64,000 bases of DNA from the NCBI GenBank assembly GCA_040386535.1, contig JAZKFH010000023.1:64001-128000 (forward strand). The letters run 5' to 3'. The notes under the pieces are model-generated. The model was not told the origin of the DNA. It did not search any database and worked only from the letters and a program-made list of their open reading frames with translations. A program made the position numbers and the translations under genes. Origin of the DNA: Myxococcota bacterium (GTDB lineage: Bacteria; Myxococcota_A; UBA796; SXON01). Shown piece by piece: positions 42,093 to 51,156 of this stretch. Within the stretch, counting starts at the first letter, position 1; every line of letters begins with the position of its first letter.

Positions 42093-43040
42093 TCAGCCGC
42101 GCATCAGGACGGCCAGGGTCTCGACGTGGTCCGTGCCCGGGAACATGTCGTAGGGCTGGAGCCGCTCGACGCGGTATCCGGCGCCGACCACGCCGCGCAG
42201 GTCACGGGCCAGGCTGACCGCGTCGCACGAGAGGTAGACGATCGCGCGTGGCTTCGTGACGGCGAGCTTCTGGAGGAGCCCCGGCGCTCCGGCGCGCGGC
42301 GGATCGAGCACTGCCACGTCGAAGAAGCGGTGGCCGGGCACCCAGCGCCCGGCGTCCTGGATGAGGACCTCGGCGGACGGGAGGTTGTAGGAAGCGTCGG
42401 CAGCGGACGACCGCTCGTTCTCCACCAGCGTGGCGGGCACACCGCGTCCGACCGCGCGCGCGGAGAGGTTTCCCACCCCGGCATACAGGTCGAGGAGCCG
42501 CGCGGGGGCGAGGTCCTGGAGGATCTGATCGACGTCGGTGACGATGCGCTCGTTCACCTCCAGGTTCACCTGGTAGAACGACGCGGGCGACACGGAGAGG
42601 CCCATCACGCGAAGCCGAGGGTGCCCCGAGAGCACCTTGCCCTTGCTCCACACGTTCCCCTCGACGGGCGCGGGCGTGTCCAGCACGAGGGTGACCTTGA
42701 CGCCGTCGCTCCGCACCTCGACCTCGCCGGTCTTCAGCTGGCCGCGCAAGGCCGTGGCCGCCTCGACGACCTCGGGGCGCGCGAGCTCGTCGAGGGGCAC
42801 CTCCACGAAGGTGTGGCTGCCGGGCAGGTTGAAGCCGAGCGCGCCGCCGGGCCCGACGCGGAGCTTCACCCGCGCCCGCGACGCCACCTCGCGGGGCGAC
42901 CGCACGATGGGACGCACGTCGGCCGCGATGTGGCCGCGCCGCATCGTGTCGCGCACGCTCTCCTCCCGACGCGCGAGCTGCTCGTCGTAGGGGAGGTCGG
43001 CCAGGGGCAGGATTCCAGCGGCGGCGAGGGGGGACGGCAT
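42093..43040 (-). CDS. RlmD/TrmA-family RNA m5U methyltransferase
   Basis: SFYQVN, LDLYAGVG, LDPPRAG, YLSCD, DMFPGTDHVE. Confidence 0.85.
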   Translation of the reverse strand: MPSPLAAAGILPLADLPYDEQLARREESVRDTMRRGHIAADVRPIVRSPREVASRARVKLRVGPGGALGFNLPGSHTFVEVPLDELARPEVVEAATALRGQLKTGEVEVRSDGVKVTLVLDTPAPVEGNVWSKGKVLSGHPRLRVMGLSVSPASFYQVNLEVNERIVTDVDQILQDLAPARLLDLYAGVGNLSARAVGRGVPATLVENERSSAADASYNLPSAEVLIQDAGRWVPGHRFFDVAVLDPPRAGAPGLLQKLAVTKPRAIVYLSCDAVSLARDLRGVVGAGYRVERLQPYDMFPGTDHVETLAVLMRG

Positions 43041-43261
43041 CGGCCGGGCTAACACGCGGCTCCGTCGTGCCGGGCGAGGCCGGGGGCGCCCCCCGCGGAT
43101 AGATTGGGGCGTGTTGTCGCGCTTCGCCTCCCTTCGACTCTTCCTGCTCGCGCCCGGCGAGTGGTCCGCGCGTCACTATGCGCGCAAGAACCGAATGGAT
43201 CTGGTGGCGCTCCGTCCGAGCGAATGGCGGATGGCAAGCGCAGGCAACCAGCGGGGGGGAG

Positions 43262-43795
43262 ATGAAGAGCTTCAAGAAAGCGCAGGGGATGACGGTGGCG
43301 ACGATCGCGGAAGGCGCGCTCGTGGGAAAGCTCGATGACTTCCAGTTCGACCTGGAGACGGGCGCGATCTACGGCTGTCGCCTGAAGCAGGGCGTGTTCT
43401 CGAAGAGCGGCGGCGTACCCGCGAGCGCCGTGGTGCGCCTCGGTCGAGACCTCATCTACGTGACCGCCGAGGCCGCCATCGAGTGGACCGGCGCCGCGCG
43501 CGGGCAGGTGGAGGGGCGCGCCTGGGCCTCCGACTACAAGGGGACCAAGGTCATGTCTCGCCGCGGCGCCGGACTCGGCTCGGTCGAGGACTTCATTCTC
43601 GCGCTCGAGCCTCCCCGGGTGACAGCCCTGATGCTCGACGGCGGCCGAGTCGCCTTGTTCGACGACCGCGTGGCGGCCGGTCGAGACGCGGTCATCCTCT
43701 CCGATCCCGCGGTCGCCGTGTCCCGCCCCGAGGGAGATGAGGAGACCGGCGACTGGTGGAGTCGGATGCGGGGGATGTTCGATTCGGAGAAGTGA
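43262..43795 (+). CDS. Tandem PRC-barrel protein
   Basis: GALVGKLDDFQFD and GAGLGSVEDFIL repeats. Confidence 0.8.
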   Translation: MKSFKKAQGMTVATIAEGALVGKLDDFQFDLETGAIYGCRLKQGVFSKSGGVPASAVVRLGRDLIYVTAEAAIEWTGAARGQVEGRAWASDYKGTKVMSRRGAGLGSVEDFILALEPPRVTALMLDGGRVALFDDRVAAGRDAVILSDPAVAVSRPEGDEETGDWWSRMRGMFDSEK

Positions 43796-44735
43796 CGGGC
43801 GCGCCTTCGCAGAAGTCGGAGAGGTCCACCTTCTGGGCCAGGCGGCTCCGCGCCCAGCGGCACGCCTCCGTGAACGTCGGGAGCACGCCGCCGATCCAGA
43901 GCGCGGCGCCGGCATTCAGTGCGATCGCTTCGGCGAGGGGCCCCTTGAGCCCCTCGAACACCGACTCGAGCCGAGCGGCGTCGACCGTGGCGCCGCCGCT
44001 GGGCGAAAGATCGGCGGGACGGCTGCTGGCCGGGTGGCGGAAGGTCGACACGCGCCCGTCGCTCCACCGGTGGCCGATCGTGTCTGCATGGGCGCCGAAG
44101 AAGGGGGTACCGCCGCAGGAGATCACCAGCGCGGCTTCCGCGCCGAGCAGGCCGCACGCCCGTGCGAGCGCCTCGGTGTGAGCGGGATCACGTACGCCGA
44201 TCACGTGGGACCGGGGCCGCGTCGGATTGAGGAGGGGTGTGAGCAGCGCCAGCAACGGCGCGGCCGCCCCGAGCCGCAGCAGGCGAAGCGTGGGTTCGGG
44301 GTGGAACGGGTCCCCGGGGAGCCATGCGAACCCGCTGCGCTCGAGCGCGTCGTGCGCGTGCCGGGGGCTGTCCTGCACCGGCAGCCCCAGGGCGCCGAGC
44401 AGCGCCTCGCCGCCCGCACGATCGGGCAGGAGCCCGCACTCGGCCACGGTCCCGTCGCAGGCCGCCACCAGCAGCCCCGCTCCCACGGTCAGGTCGAACA
44501 GCGCCTCGTCTCGCGGGCCGGCCACGGCGATGTCGACGACGACCCGGTTTGGCGGCGTGCGTGCCTCGGTGGCATGGCGGCGCAGCACCGCGGCGCCCGC
44601 GATCAGCAGCTCCGCCGTGACGGGCCCTGCGAGGCGCTCGACGACCGCGTCCAGGTCACCCCCGGCGTACGCCGACTCGAGGAGGTCCATGAGCGCATCG
44701 GGTTCCAGCAGACCCCCCAAACCTTGTGTGGACAC
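43692..44735 (-). CDS. Degenerate anthranilate phosphoribosyltransferase (TrpD)-fold protein
   Basis: EALLGALG, FHP, LTPLLNP...HVIGV, IALNAGAAL retained; GTGGD and KHGNR motifs lost. Confidence 0.7.
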   Translation of the reverse strand: MSTQGLGGLLEPDALMDLLESAYAGGDLDAVVERLAGPVTAELLIAGAAVLRRHATEARTPPNRVVVDIAVAGPRDEALFDLTVGAGLLVAACDGTVAECGLLPDRAGGEALLGALGLPVQDSPRHAHDALERSGFAWLPGDPFHPEPTLRLLRLGAAAPLLALLTPLLNPTRPRSHVIGVRDPAHTEALARACGLLGAEAALVISCGGTPFFGAHADTIGHRWSDGRVSTFRHPASSRPADLSPSGGATVDAARLESVFEGLKGPLAEAIALNAGAALWIGGVLPTFTEACRWARSRLAQKVDLSDFCEGAPVTSPNRTSPASDSTSRRSPHLPRGGTRRPRDRRG

Positions 44736-44828
44736 GACGCTCCTCGGCTATCCAAGCGGATTCATGCCGGATAACGCGTGGCCTTCGGCCCGCAAAGCCA
44801 CGCCGCGGAAGCGCCGTCTGGGCCGAGA

Positions 44829-45791
44829 CTAGAACCAGCGCCGCACGCGGAAGACCGCCAGGAGGATCACCGCCGACGCCACCATCATCCCGACGGCCAT
44901 CCAGAAGCCGTACCCGTGGTGGGCGATGGGGATGACGTCGAAGTTCATCCCGAAGATGCCCGAGATGACGGTCATCGGGAGCAACAGCGTGCTCACGATG
45001 GCGAGGTACTTCATCACCTTGTTGAGCCGCTCGTTCGCCGCGTTGCTGTGCACCTGCAGGGTGCCGTTGCACACCTCGAGCAGCAGGTTGGTCTGATCGA
45101 CGATGACGTTGAGGTGGTCGAGCACGTCACGGAAGTAGATCCGGGCGCCGCCCCCCAGCTCCGCGGGTTCGGCGTCGACGAAGCGACGCACCACCTCGGT
45201 CTGCGGGAGCGTCATGCGCCGTAGCATCAGCAGGTCACGGCGGGTCCGCACGAGGCCCTCGACCACCTGCGTGCCGTCCGCGCGCGAGGCCAACGCCTCG
45301 AGCTCGTCCACGCGCTCCTCGAACTCGTAGAGCGTCGCTGTGTACTCGTCGATCACCGCGTCGATGAGCGCGTGGACCAGCCGATCGGCGTGGGTCCCCA
45401 CCCGCTCCGGATACGTCGCGAGCGCCTGGACCACGCGGTCGACCGCGGCCACGTTCTTCGGGCGGACGCTCACCACCAGCGAAGGCCGCAGGAACACGGA
45501 GATCGGCACGGTGTCGAGCGGATCGTTGGGGGTCGTGCGGTCGAGCGCCTGGGAGACGAGGAACCCATGGGTGGGGTAGCGCTCGTACTTCGAACGCTTC
45601 TGCAGGTGCGCCACGTCCTCCACCGCGAGGGGGTGGAAGCGCCACAGGTCGGTGAGGAGCTTCGACTCCTCGGGGGTGGGCGCGAGCAGATCCACCCACA
45701 CGGTGGCGTTGGGAGGAGGCGTCGAGGTCGCGTCGAACGGCGCGTCGCAATCGACGCGGCCGTCGTCATAGAGGATGTGCGTGCGGAGCAT
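44829..45791 (-). CDS. corA: Magnesium/cobalt transporter CorA
   Basis: FHPLAVED, YFRDVLDH, GIFGMNF. Confidence 0.92.
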   Translation of the reverse strand: MLRTHILYDDGRVDCDAPFDATSTPPPNATVWVDLLAPTPEESKLLTDLWRFHPLAVEDVAHLQKRSKYERYPTHGFLVSQALDRTTPNDPLDTVPISVFLRPSLVVSVRPKNVAAVDRVVQALATYPERVGTHADRLVHALIDAVIDEYTATLYEFEERVDELEALASRADGTQVVEGLVRTRRDLLMLRRMTLPQTEVVRRFVDAEPAELGGGARIYFRDVLDHLNVIVDQTNLLLEVCNGTLQVHSNAANERLNKVMKYLAIVSTLLLPMTVISGIFGMNFDVIPIAHHGYGFWMAVGMMVASAVILLAVFRVRRWF

Positions 45792-45829
45792 CGTCGGGGT
45801 GTCCCGGTCGGCCGCACGCTATCTCATCG

Positions 45830-46981
45830 TCAGTACACGGGCATGCTCGTGTCGATCTGCTTGGCCCACGCCACGATCCCGCCCTCGAGGTTGATCACGC
45901 GGTACCCGTTCTGTGCCAACACAGCGGCGGCCTGCGACGAGCGGCCTCCGAGCTTGCAGTGCACGAGGATCTCGCGGTCCTTCGGGACCTCGGCGAGGCG
46001 GTTCGCCACCTCGGTGTGGGGGATGAGCGCGTCGGCGAAGGGGAAGCGCACGATCGCGGCCTCCGCGTCGTTGCGCACGTCGAGGACGAAGGGCTTCCAG
46101 CCCTCCTTCAAGCGGCGCGCGGCCTCGTCGACGGAGATGCGGCCGAACGTTTCGGACTGGATCACGGGGGCCTCCTCACGCGGCGTCTGCGCCTTGGGCA
46201 CGCCGCAGAACTGGTCGTAGTCGATGAGATGCTCGATCTTGGGGGAGTCGGGGTCACGCCGGAGCTTCAGCTCGCGGAACTGCATGTTCAAGGCGTCGAA
46301 CAGGAGGAGCCGCCCCGAGAGGGTGGTGCCGATCCCGAGGAGGATCTTGATGGTCTCGGTGGCCTGGATGGTGCCGACGATGCCCGGGAGCACGCCCAGT
46401 ACGCCGCCCTCCGCGCACGAGGGGACCAGGCCCGGGGGCGGAGGCTCGGGGTACAGGTCGCGGTAGTTGGGGCCGCCCTGGTAGTTGAACACCGTGGCCT
46501 GCCCCTCGAACCGGAAGATCGACCCGTAGACGTTCGGCTTCCCGAGGATCACGCACGCGTCGTTGACGAGGTAGCGCGTGGGGAAGTTGTCCGTGCCGTC
46601 CACGATGACATCGTACGGCGCGCCGATGCGCAAGGCGTTCTCGCTGGTGAGCGGCTCCTCGTACAGGTCGACCTGCACGTGCGGGTTGATGTCGAGGATG
46701 CGATCCCGCGCCGAGATCACCTTCGGCTTGCCGATCGACGAGGTGCCGTGGATGATCTGGCGGTGCAGGTTGGACGCGTCCACCTCGTCGAAGTCGACGA
46801 TGCCGATGCGCCCGACCCCCGCGGCCGCCAGGTACAAGAGCAGCGGGGAGCCGAGGCCGCCCGTGCCGACGCAGAGCACGCTCGCGTCCTTGAGCTTCTG
46901 CTGCCCCGCCATGCCCACCTCGGGCAGGATGAGGTGCCGCGAGTAGCGCGCGATCTCCTCGTTCGTCAGCGGGGCGCTCAC
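45830..46981 (-). CDS. moeZ: MoeB/ThiF adenylyltransferase with rhodanese domain (MoeZ)
   Basis: RYSRH, GTGGLGS, SNLHRQ, DGTDNFPTRY, PSCAEGGV, HCKLGGRS. Confidence 0.92.
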   Translation of the reverse strand: MSAPLTNEEIARYSRHLILPEVGMAGQQKLKDASVLCVGTGGLGSPLLLYLAAAGVGRIGIVDFDEVDASNLHRQIIHGTSSIGKPKVISARDRILDINPHVQVDLYEEPLTSENALRIGAPYDVIVDGTDNFPTRYLVNDACVILGKPNVYGSIFRFEGQATVFNYQGGPNYRDLYPEPPPPGLVPSCAEGGVLGVLPGIVGTIQATETIKILLGIGTTLSGRLLLFDALNMQFRELKLRRDPDSPKIEHLIDYDQFCGVPKAQTPREEAPVIQSETFGRISVDEAARRLKEGWKPFVLDVRNDAEAAIVRFPFADALIPHTEVANRLAEVPKDREILVHCKLGGRSSQAAAVLAQNGYRVINLEGGIVAWAKQIDTSMPVY

Positions 46982-47265
46982 AGGGGCCCCCGGCCACCGG
47001 CGATCGACGGCACGATGATGAGGGTGTCCCCCTCCTTGAGCACCGTCGCGTCCCGCTGGAGGTGCCGGATGTCCTCGTCGTTCAGGTACACGTTCACGAA
47101 GGTGCGGAGCTTGCCTTCCGCGTCGCGCAGGTGCTTGGCGAGCCCGGGGTAGCCCGTGGTCAGGGCGTCGAGGGCCTGGCCGGCGGTGGCCGCGTCCACC
47201 GCGACGCTGGCCTTGCCGTCGGTGTAGGCGCGGAGCGCGGACGGGATCGAGATGGAGATGGCCAT
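46978..47265 (-). CDS. cysO: MoaD/ThiS-family sulfur carrier (CysO-like)
   Basis: IPSALR, FVNVYLNDEDIR, PSIAGG followed by an RGPL extension. Confidence 0.85.
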   Translation of the reverse strand: MAISISIPSALRAYTDGKASVAVDAATAGQALDALTTGYPGLAKHLRDAEGKLRTFVNVYLNDEDIRHLQRDATVLKEGDTLIIVPSIAGGRGPL

Positions 47266-47268
47266 GGG

Positions 47269-47688
47269 TCAGTCCTCGGTGTGGATGAGCTCTTCGTCCA
47301 TGGCGGCGCGGTCGTCGTGCAGGCGCCAGGAACGGGTGTCGGCGATGGCCCCGGCCATCACCGAGGTGATGACGTAGCTCATGTTCGGAAGGGCGTGATC
47401 CCGATCGAAGTCCGAGTAACGGGCCGGGTGATCGGGGTGGGAGTGGTAGTAGCCGACGACCTCGAGCCCCTCGGCTTCGAGCGCCTGTTCGGCCCGGTAG
47501 AGGACGAGCGCGCTCACGTGGTAGCGGTTGGCCGGGCTGTCGGCGCGCTCGTTGACCAGCGACACGACATGGGTGACCACGTTCGTGGCACGGTGGCCGG
47601 CGAGGATCCCGACGACCTCGTGCGGGTAGCCCGCGACGGCGTGGGCGTGCACCCGGGCAAGCTCGAGCGGGGGGAGGATCAGGGCCAC
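47269..47688 (-). CDS. mec: JAMM/M67 metallopeptidase (Mec-like)
   Basis: YPHE...YHSHPDHPARYSDFD. Confidence 0.88.
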   Translation of the reverse strand: MALILPPLELARVHAHAVAGYPHEVVGILAGHRATNVVTHVVSLVNERADSPANRYHVSALVLYRAEQALEAEGLEVVGYYHSHPDHPARYSDFDRDHALPNMSYVITSVMAGAIADTRSWRLHDDRAAMDEELIHTED

Positions 47689-48575
47689 AGGTGCTCCTCG
47701 GAGAGGTAGCGCTCGCCGGAGTCGGGGAAGAGGGTGACGACGACGCCGCGATCGAGCTCGCGCGCGACCTCGATGGCGCCCCAGAGCGCCGCCCCCGCCG
47801 AGACCCCCACCAGCAGGCCCTCCTCGCGGGCGAGGCGACGCATCAGGACGATGGACGCCTCCGTGGGGGCGCCCAGGTCGGCGTCCGCAAGCGAGGGGTC
47901 GTAGATCGCGGGGACGATGGCGCTCTCGAGGTGCTTGAGGCCTTCGAGGCCGTGAAACGGGGAGTCAGGCTGTACCGACACGCACTCGATGCGCGGGTCG
48001 TACTCCTTGAGGCGCCGGCTGGTGCCGGTGAACGTGCCGGTGGTGCCGAGCGCCGCGACCCAGTGGGTGACGCGGCCGCCGGTGTCCCGCCAGATCTCGG
48101 GCGCTGTCGTGTCGTAGTGGGCGCGCCAGTTGGCGTCGTTGCTGTACTGGTCGAGGTACAGGTAGCGGTCCGGGTGCTCCGCCAAGAGGGCGCGCGCCCG
48201 ACGGATGGCGCCATCGCTGCCCTCGAGCGGATCGGTCTCGATGATCTCGACCCCGTAGGCCCGCAGGATCTTCTTGCGCTCGCGGTTGGCGTTGGCGGGC
48301 AGGCACAACGTGATCGCGTGCCCGCGCGCGGCGGCGATCATCCCGTACGCGATGCCCGTGTTGCCGGAAGACGAGTCGAGCAGGCGCATGCCGGGGAGGA
48401 GGCGCCCGCTGGCCTCCGCGTCCCGGATCATCGCCCACGCGGCTCGATCTTTTACGGAGCCGCCGGGGTTGAACCACTCGAGCTTGGCCCACACCTCCAC
48501 CTCGGGCGGCACGACGCCGTCGAGGATGTGGCAAAGCCGGACGAGCGGCGTGTTTCCAATTCGATCGACGAGCAT
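47679..48575 (-). CDS. cysM: PLP-dependent cysteine synthase (CysM type)
   Basis: IGNTPLV, KLEWFNPGGSVKDR, SSGNTG, GTTGT, PDSGERYLS. Confidence 0.9.
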   Translation of the reverse strand: MLVDRIGNTPLVRLCHILDGVVPPEVEVWAKLEWFNPGGSVKDRAAWAMIRDAEASGRLLPGMRLLDSSSGNTGIAYGMIAAARGHAITLCLPANANRERKKILRAYGVEIIETDPLEGSDGAIRRARALLAEHPDRYLYLDQYSNDANWRAHYDTTAPEIWRDTGGRVTHWVAALGTTGTFTGTSRRLKEYDPRIECVSVQPDSPFHGLEGLKHLESAIVPAIYDPSLADADLGAPTEASIVLMRRLAREEGLLVGVSAGAALWGAIEVARELDRGVVVTLFPDSGERYLSEEHLWP

Positions 48576-48609
48576 GGGGCGACAGCGGACGAAGGTAGGA
48601 TCGGCGGAC

Positions 48610-49182
48610 CTACACGGCAATGGGAGACGACGGAGATGTAGTCGTGGTGACGAGCCCGAGCAGATCCGACGGGTCCGGGAGCCCGCCCGTCCCCACGTCG
48701 CCGCACGCGAGCCGCTTGCTCACGGGGTCGATCAGCACGTAGCGATCGAGGGCACGGAGCCATTCCAGGTTGCGACGCACGACGGGGTGATCCCACATCA
48801 CCGTGTTCATCGCGGGCGCGAGGACGACCGGGGTGGACGCGGGGACGGCCAGGAGCACGGTGGTCAGCGCGTCGTCGGCGAGGCCGCACGCCAGCTTCGC
48901 GAGGGTGTTCGCCGTCAAGGGGGCGACCAGCACGGCCTGGGCCCACTTCGCCCAGCTGATGTGATCGATCGCGCTTGTGGAGCCGGGGAGGGGAGCCCCG
49001 ACGAAGGTGTCGAGGAGCACGGGGTTCCCCGAGAGCGCCTCGAACGTCAGGGGCGCCACGAAGCGGGTGGCGTTGGCGGTCATCATCACGCGCACGTCAT
49101 GGCCGGCCTTCACCGCCAGGCTCGTGAATTCACAGCTCTTGTAGGCGGCGATGCCGCCGGTCACGCCGAGGAGGATTCGCAT
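48610..49182 (-). CDS. coaC: Stand-alone phosphopantothenoylcysteine decarboxylase (HFCD flavoprotein)
   Basis: GVTGGIAAYK, HISWAKW, APLTANTLAK, PAMN, LACGDVG; no CoaB domain. Confidence 0.85.
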   Translation of the reverse strand: MRILLGVTGGIAAYKSCEFTSLAVKAGHDVRVMMTANATRFVAPLTFEALSGNPVLLDTFVGAPLPGSTSAIDHISWAKWAQAVLVAPLTANTLAKLACGLADDALTTVLLAVPASTPVVLAPAMNTVMWDHPVVRRNLEWLRALDRYVLIDPVSKRLACGDVGTGGLPDPSDLLGLVTTTTSPSSPIAV

Positions 49183-49202
49183 GCCCCGAATCCTAACGCC
49201 GG

Positions 49203-51044
49203 TCAGTCCTCGAACCGCGCTTCGCCGTTGAGCGCGGTGACCAGCAGGTCGCGGTACAGCCGCTTCGCGTCGCGGTTGTCGTAGATCGCGTAGTGGTCGT
49301 CGTCCGGGTACTGGCCGAGTCCCGCGGTGATTGCGGCGCCGTTCCAGTCCAGTGCGTTCTTGGACGTGGGCAGGTCCGCGGAGTCGAGCCCGCGCAGGTC
49401 GAACGAATCCGGCGTGGTCGCGGCCGGGCCCACGACCGGCACACGCCCGGCCGCGGCGAGCGCCTCGGTGGTGACGGAGGGGGTCGCGACGTCGGCGAGG
49501 CCCTCCGTGAGCACGATCGGGATGGGCAGCGCATCCCAGCGCGGCTCCTCGGCGAACCACCACGGGGCGTAGTTGAGCGGATCGGTCGCCTCGGACAACA
49601 TCTGGATGAGGCCGACCACCGGGTGGAACGTCGTGAGCTCCTCGTCCTCGGTGAACTCGAGGAGGGACGCGATGAGCGCGGCGATGTCGAACGGATCCTT
49701 GCGCAGCACGACCGTCATCGCGAGGCCGCCGCCCGTGCCGGAGAAGCCCGCGGCGACGAGGTCGTGGCTCATGTACGGGGCCGCGATGGCGCCCACGAGG
49801 CCCCCCTGGGAGTGGCCGAAGAAGGCCACGCGCTCCGGATCGAGCGCGATCGTCTCGCCGAGGGCGGTGAACGTCGGCTGGAGGTGCGTGAGCGCCTCCG
49901 CGAGGTACACCTGGTCGAGCGCGCCCTGTCGGAAGTTGGTACGGCCGGCGTCGGGGTTGGTGTAGTTGAAGCTGTCGAGCTCGGCGTTGGTGCCGGGAGG
50001 CGCGCGGTCCGCGTGGAGCGGCTGCGCGATGCCGATCATCGCAACGCCCTCGCGGGCCATGACCGTCCCTTCCTCCTCGTTGCTCGTGGAGTCGCAGAAG
50101 GTGAGGTGGTCGCCGCCGGTGCCGTGGCTGTAGAGCACCACGGGCCAGCCGCCGTCGGGCATCGGCCCGTCCGTCGGGATCGTGAGCGCGAACTTGACGC
50201 GCTCCCAGTAGGCGATCTCCGGCGCGCCGTCGGCCCCGAAGACGAAGGCCCCGCCCGTGCTCCGGTAGGGCCGCTCGCCGTGTTGCCACACGGGTACGGC
50301 CACCGTGCCTTCGTACAGGCTGTAGGCGTCCCGCTCGTCGAGGAGCGTGAGCTCCTGGTCGAGCTTCGGCACGCCGATCTCGTCGCGGATGGCGCGCGCG
50401 ATGCGCGTCGTCTCGGCCACGGGGTCCTGGGTGGTGAAGGGGACCGCCAACGAAACGTCGTCCGACGTGAGGCCGAGCCCGGCCAGCGTCTCCTCGACGG
50501 GGAGCAGGTCGGCGTCGCTGCCGACGCCCCAGCCCTCCGCGGCGGGCGCGACGAGCGGACGGCGGAACACGAGCGCGTAGGTGGTGCTCGGACGGAGCGG
50601 GAAGCCGAAGACCGGCGCCGTGGCCAGGAGATTGCCGGGCTGGAACGTGGTCTCGGCCTCGGTCCACTCGAAGGTCACGGGCACGCGCTCGCCGCGGTGG
50701 GGGCTGTCCCGGTCGACATCGAGGAGCATCACCGGCGACTCGAGCGTGAGCGACGCCTCGGGGCTCGGGAGCAGCGTGGTGTCGATCGGCGCGGCAAAAC
50801 GGACGTACATCGGGGAGTTGGTCCCGAACCCGTCGATCTGGGTCGCCGCGTCCAGGTAGGCGTCCACCAGCGGGTAGTCCCCGGCGCCGGGGAAGTCGCT
50901 CACGTCGGGATGGCTGTCCACGCGCCGCACGTCCGAGGGGAAGGGGCGGTCGAAGAAGTCGGGACCATCCAGGATCGGCGCCGCGCCGCCGCTGGAAACC
51001 GACGTGCACGCAGCGGACAGAAAGAGCAGGGACAGGGAAGGCAT
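49203..51044 (-). CDS. Lipoprotein alpha/beta hydrolase (lipase-like)
   Basis: SAAC lipobox; PFPSD, DGFG, YSHGTGG, GHSQGG, DDH. Confidence 0.8.
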   Translation of the reverse strand: MPSLSLLFLSAACTSVSSGGAAPILDGPDFFDRPFPSDVRRVDSHPDVSDFPGAGDYPLVDAYLDAATQIDGFGTNSPMYVRFAAPIDTTLLPSPEASLTLESPVMLLDVDRDSPHRGERVPVTFEWTEAETTFQPGNLLATAPVFGFPLRPSTTYALVFRRPLVAPAAEGWGVGSDADLLPVEETLAGLGLTSDDVSLAVPFTTQDPVAETTRIARAIRDEIGVPKLDQELTLLDERDAYSLYEGTVAVPVWQHGERPYRSTGGAFVFGADGAPEIAYWERVKFALTIPTDGPMPDGGWPVVLYSHGTGGDHLTFCDSTSNEEEGTVMAREGVAMIGIAQPLHADRAPPGTNAELDSFNYTNPDAGRTNFRQGALDQVYLAEALTHLQPTFTALGETIALDPERVAFFGHSQGGLVGAIAAPYMSHDLVAAGFSGTGGGLAMTVVLRKDPFDIAALIASLLEFTEDEELTTFHPVVGLIQMLSEATDPLNYAPWWFAEEPRWDALPIPIVLTEGLADVATPSVTTEALAAAGRVPVVGPAATTPDSFDLRGLDSADLPTSKNALDWNGAAITAGLGQYPDDDHYAIYDNRDAKRLYRDLLVTALNGEARFED

Positions 51045-51156
51045 CCCGCAAAGTGTAGCCCGACAATGGCCGGCGGTGAGGGGTGGTGTGCGTGGTACCC
51101 ACCTCCCACGCACGTTCGTGCTCTGGCACAATTGCCTCATCCGATTGCCCCACCCG

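Noticed and set aside
43111..43338. 75-aa ORF upstream of the PRC-barrel gene
   Set aside because: Overlaps the PRC gene out of frame and has no recognisable motif
44749..44774. TATC...GATA inverted repeat upstream of the trpD-like gene as an RtcR site
   Set aside because: Only a partial match and no correctly spaced -24/-12 element
45830..48575. E1 + ubiquitin-like + JAB genes as a CBASS/Bil-type antiviral system
   Set aside because: No E2 or CD-NTase; the E1 carries a rhodanese domain and the operon includes cysM, matching the known CysO cysteine pathway
51124..51140. Sigma54 promoter TGGCACAATTGCC upstream of the aminotransferase
   Set aside because: GG to GC spacing is not 10 nt
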